A stretch of DNA of 64,000 bases, taken from the NCBI GenBank assembly GCA_951406725.2, contig OX597825.1, positions 76,508,001 to 76,572,000 on the forward strand, written 5' to 3'. A program made the position numbers and the translations under genes. This DNA comes from Octopus vulgaris. Taxonomy: Eukaryota. Within the stretch, counting starts at the first letter, position 1, and each line of letters starts with the position of its first letter. Below the pieces are notes generated by a model. It made no database searches, was not told where the DNA came from, and saw only the letters and a program-made list of their open reading frames with translations. This document shows, piece by piece, positions 58,737 through 64,000 of the stretch.

Positions 58737-58943
58737 CATTATTGGTGAATTGAAGAAATGGAGCTGAACGCAGATTGAACAGAAATCGTTTTATTTCATT
58801 CTACACGTGTTTCGAAAGGCACAAATTACCAAAATCCGATGGATTTTGGTAATTTGTGCCTTTCGAAACACGTGTAGAATGAAATAAAACGATTTCTGTT
58901 CAATCTGCGTTCAGCTCCATTTCTTCAATTCACCAATAATGTT
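58735..58943. repeat. Perfect palindrome, 103-bp arms, 3-nt loop
   Basis: 58735-58837 is the exact reverse complement of 58841-58943; each arm carries the hammerhead 3' half GAAAC ACGT GTA. Confidence 0.95.
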
Positions 58944-59093
58944 CTAATTTCAATTATCCGCACCAACGCACGGTTGCAACACCATATGGTTGTACCTCCA
59001 ACCGTGCTGTTTTACTGCTGTGATTTTTGCTACTAAGGTATCGGTTAAACTTTTGATTAATCTACTACAAGATTATTCATCTTTCTATTTCAC

Positions 59094-59128
<35 letters not shown>

Positions 59129-59383
59129 GTTATAATATTCTTTTATTCTTTTACTTGTTTGTCATTAGACTGGGGCCATGCTGGGAGACCTCCTTGAAGA
59201 ATTTTTAGTCGATTGAATCGAACCCAGTACATTTCTTTTTAAAAGCTGGTCTCTTTTGCTGAACCGATAAGTAATGGGGGCGTCAACACACCAATACCAG
59301 TTGTCAAGCGGTGCTGGTGTACAAACGCACACACACATACACACACACCTACGCACAAACACACCTACACACCTACACACCTA

Positions 59384-60481
59384 CAAAGTTTGTCATCGTG
59401 TTGTTGTCAAGTACCCCGTAGAAAAAGGGTCTATCCCACAAGAACATTCATGCTGACATGTTTGCTACATTAAGGGACGACGCTTCAGCTTTATCAACAG
59501 TGCAAAAGTGGGCAGCTGAATTTAGGTGGAGAAAGGAGAATCTGGATGATGACTCAATGTCTAGGGGTCCTGCAGCTGCCACCACCGAGGAAAACATTGC
59601 CTGTGTTCCGCACATGGTGATGGATGACAGGTGATTGACTATAAATCAAATAGCCAATGCTATTATCATATCTTTTGAGAGTTGAGATTATTCTACAAAA
59701 TGGCTTTGGCATGACAAAGGTTTCTGCTCTGTGGGTGCCACGTCTTCTGACATCTGATCAAAACCGAACCAGGCTGATCACCCCAAAGGAAAATCTGGCA
59801 CTGAGGTAGATCCAGCTGGTTTCCTTGAACGTACCCTAACTCAGGATGAGTGTTGGGTTCATCGCTTTGAGTCAGAGACAAAGAGACAGTCTATGCAGTG
59901 TAAACACCCCTCCTCAGCCGCTCCAAAGGAAGCCGAGGTCGTTTAATGAGCAGGGAAGGTGATGACATCAGTTATTTAGAATGCAAAAAGCATTGTGTTT
60001 ATTAAATATCTTCAAAAGTGCCACATCGTCAATGGGAAGTACTAAGCCTACTTGTTGATGCGGTTACAGAGGGCTATCAAGACCAAATGCCCAGAGAAAA
60101 ACTCATGTAAGGAGTTTTGTTTCATCAGGACAATTCCCCAGAGGTGCTTGCTTTTAATGGCTACCGTGGCTTTGAACTGGTTAATTGCTGTCCCTATTCT
60201 CCCGATTTGGTCTCATCTGATTATCATCTCTTCCTCAACATGATAAAACACTTGGCCGGGAACCAGTATCGCATTGGTGATGACGTCATATCTGCTGTTG
60301 ATAATATTTTTTTTGACCCACAGGATGTAAGCTCCTTCACCAATGGGATCCATAGACCTGCAACACCGATGGAAGAAGAGTGTGTGGGTTGCATGGGCGA
60401 GTGTGTTGAAGAATAAGCCTCATTAGGTCACATTCCATGAGAGTATCTTGCTCAGACTATAAACTTATCGGCCGACCCTCG
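59384..60481 (+). mobile_element. Old mariner transposon, 5'-truncated
   Basis: Remnants WVPRLL, TQDECW, HQDN and PYSPDLVSSDYHLF; 3' end ...CCCTCG|TA. Confidence 0.85.
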
Positions 60482-60489
60482 TATGTATG

Positions 60490-60523
<34 letters not shown>

Positions 60524-60870
60524 TGTATGTATGTATGTATGTATGTATGTATGATTCTATGTATGCATGTTTGTATGTATGCATGTATGTTTGTATGTAT
60601 GTACGTGTGTATGTATGTATGTATGCATGTATGTATGTATGCATGTTTGTATGTATGTATGTATGTATGTATGTATGATTCTATGTATGCGTGTATGTAC
60701 GTATGCATGTTTATATGTATGTACGTGTGTATGTATGTATGTATGTATGTATACATGTATGTATGTATGCATGTTTGTATGTATGTATGTATGTATGATT
60801 CTATGTATGTATGTTTGTATGTATGTATGTATGTATGTATGTATGTATGTATGTATGTATGAATGTATGT
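60482..60870. repeat. (TATG)n satellite with ~125-bp higher-order unit
   Basis: ATGATTCTATG recurs three times at regular spacing. Confidence 0.85.
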
Positions 60871-60934
60871 TTTTATCAATTAGTCAATCAATCAATCAAT
60901 CTATCTGTCGGTCTGTCTTTCTATCTGTGTGTAC

Positions 60935-60977
<43 letters not shown>

Positions 60978-61787
60978 CCTCTCTTTTTCTCTCCCCACAC
61001 GCCATTTATTTTGCTTATTTTCAAGCAAAGCATAAACTTATTTATTTACTAATATACTTCATAAAATGGGCGAAAAAATAAGTAAACAACCAATGAAAAC
61101 AAAAACAAAAACAAAAAAGTTTAGAAACGAAAAAAAAAACAAAAACAGGCCCCCCCCCCTCCCAGATATAAAAACCAAAGCAACTGAAAAAGCAAAAGAA
61201 AAAATATAATCAATTATAAACAACCAGCGAACCGACTTAGAAATTTCATACACACACACGCAAAACACACACACACACACACACATACACACACACACAC
61301 ACGCAAAGCATACACACACACACACATGATACACCCGTAAACTCATCACACGTAAAACCTTCCTTTGCATAAATATGTATATATGTGTATGAGCAATTAA
61401 TTACATACCCACACGTATATAAGTACATTTAACTCTTTTATATATGCATATGTATATATATAATATATAATATAATATAATATATATATATATATATATA
61501 CACACACATATTATATACACACATATTATATAGACATGTATATCAATATATGTATATATTTTCTTCTTCTTCTTCTTCTTCTTCTCCTCCCCCTCCTCCT
61601 CCTTCTTCTTCTTTCTCCTCCTCAGTCGTCATCGTCGTCGCCATCATCATCATCATCATCATCATCTTCATCATCATCATCATCCTCATCACCATCATCC
61701 TCATCATCATCACAAATATATCATCATCATCAATATATTTAAGTACTTGTGCGCCTGTGATTATGTATATACATAACTGTGTGTGTA

Positions 61788-61827
<40 letters not shown>

Positions 61828-62134
61828 CGCGTGTGTATGTGTGTGTGTGCGTGTGTAAAGAAAGAAAGACAGAAATAAAGAAAAGAAAATGAAATGAGAA
61901 ATGAAAAAATAAGCTCTTGAAGAGAAGAATGAGTTGCACCTGTTTTTACGTTTTTGTTTCTAAGATATTTTTGTAGAGGAGAGAGAATAAGAAAAAAACT
62001 TTCATTAAAATGGCTGACAAATTTTTATGTGCGTGTATATAATATGTGTGTGTATATATATATATATATAAGTATATATACATGCATATATACATTCATA
62101 TACATATACATACAAACTTCTACGTATATATACA

Positions 62135-62172
<38 letters not shown>

Positions 62173-62749
62173 TGTATATGTATACATATATATACATATA
62201 TATATATGTACATATATATGTATATATGCATACATATATGCACATATAACATACGTATATATTCGCATACATACACACTAACACGCACACATGTATGTGT
62301 GTGTATGTATATATGTGTGTATATACATATATAGAAACACACAAATATCCGTTAGCCATTTTAATGAAATTTTTTCTCAATCTCCCCCTTCCCCCGGAAA
62401 ATAAGATAAAAACAAAACGAAAACGGAAAAAAGACGCAACTCATTCATTTATTGAAATGCTCACTTTCTTTCTTTCTTTCTTTCTTTCTTTCGTTCGTTC
62501 GTTCCTTTCTTTCTTTCTTTCTTTCTTTCGTTCGTTCGTTCCTTCCTTTCTTTCTTTCTTTCTTTCGTTCGTTCGTTCCTTTCTTTCTTTCTTTCTTACT
62601 TTCTTTCTTTTCTCTCTCTCTCTCTCTCTTTTCCCTTTAACTCTTTCTTTTTTTCTTTCTTTCTGTCTTTCTTTCTTTTTTCTTCCTTCCTTCCTTCCTT
62701 CCTTCCTTCCTTCCTTCCTTCCTTCCTTCCTTCCTTCCTTTCTTTCTTC

Positions 62750-62808
<59 letters not shown>

Positions 62809-63252
62809 TCAAAATCCAATCTTGTGTGTAATCCTTTAACGATATAACTCAGTGCTTTTGTGGAACTTATTTTACCGTTCCAATTTGCTTAAAATGCATC
62901 TTCAAACTTGCTGATCATCATTTCTTTTTCAACTTAGAGCCTAACAACAACAATAACAACAAAAACAGCAACAGCAGCAACAGCAGCAACAGCAGCAGCA
63001 ACAACAATAACAGTAACATCGTAAATCATATTCCATGATGGGTAAGATGTTTGTTTTTGTAGTATTTGACTTGTAATGAATGCCATTTGAGATTATCATG
63101 AAAAGAATGATCAAAACGAAGATGCAATGGTAGAAATTTCCTTAATCAGCCATCTGGTTGTTGTTGCTGTTGTTGTTGTTGTTGTTGTTGTTCTTCTTCT
63201 TCTTCTTCTTCTTTTCGAGTTTGTAGAGTTCTTCCTACATATATACATGATG

Positions 63253-63356
<104 letters not shown>

Positions 63357-63627
63357 CACTCATGTATAACGTGCACAGATTATACATTCATGTGTATATT
63401 GTGAAAAATCGAGTTAATTCTGCTCTCAGAATAGAGTCAGATCGTCAACTACTTCTAAAATTGCTTTAAAAATAACAACACAAAGATACCGGTGTGTATA
63501 ACATTTTATAATATTTATACGGACGTGGAGCGGCACTAGTTCTAACATTTTTTTGTTCCAAAGAAACTTCTCGGAGAGATTTGTGTATTACAAAAACACA
63601 GGGCTTCGCTCATGACACCAGTAGATT

Positions 63628-63669
63628 GCCAGACACTGTTTCGACATGATTTGGTCCCGTCAGTGATGC
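63628..63669 (-). ncRNA. Compact hammerhead motif with A9G change
   Basis: Minus strand reads TCA CTGACGG GAC-CAAATCAT-GTC GAAAC AGT GTC TGG. Confidence 0.5.
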
Positions 63670-64000
63670 ATAACCCGGGCACTCTGAGTTAAGTAAAAAA
63701 AAAATGCTTGTTTCGATATAAAAATCAATCGATAAACTAAGCATTTACTGATTTGTGAAAAATTAAATTGATTTGCATACTTGAAACTAGCGTGAAATTA
63801 ATTTTAATCTTAAGTACGTATTTTCAAGAAAGTATATCAATTTAATATTATACTGGCTTGTATAATATCTATAAGGTAGATACAAAGTATATGAACGTAG
63901 AAGCAGTTGGTCGTAATATATTGTCTCAGAAACTTCTGAAAGAGACTTGAATATTAAAAAAAGCAAGGCTTGCCTTTGAAGTTTTTGAATTGATGCTAGA

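Overview
Eukaryotic, very AT-rich, microsatellite-saturated DNA. The SINE/LINE repertoire looks cephalopod (Octopus-like); this is inferred from remembered repeat families. Only one convincing protein gene is present: an intact, intronless AIG1/ADTRP (FAR-17a family) ORF at 8149-8979 (+). Nearly all other ORF-track entries are translations of (TA)n/(CA)n/(TATG)n repeats or dead transposon fragments. The window is a transposon graveyard: four mariner copies, a Tc1, a maT-like DD37D element, a Charlie-type hAT, five non-autonomous Helitrons, RTE, HERO, Tx1 and R4-like LINE scraps, Penelope-like (PLE) RT and GIY-YIG fragments, and many tRNA-derived SINEs. The main hidden signal, read by eye, is about ten minimal type I hammerhead-ribozyme motifs from several unrelated non-coding families. 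Two are canonical and the rest carry variant or decayed cores (CCGAAGA twice, CTGTCGA in one family). Most sit in (TA)n tracts, several with inverted-tail palindromes, next to PLE enzymatic remnants, which suggests a PLE-mobilised retrozyme-like ecosystem. Second highlight: a ~470-nt fold-back at 27610-28080 whose arm differences are mostly G.U wobbles on the + strand. All motif calls are manual and need covariance-model and experimental checks; TE boundaries are approximate unless TIRs/TSDs are quoted.
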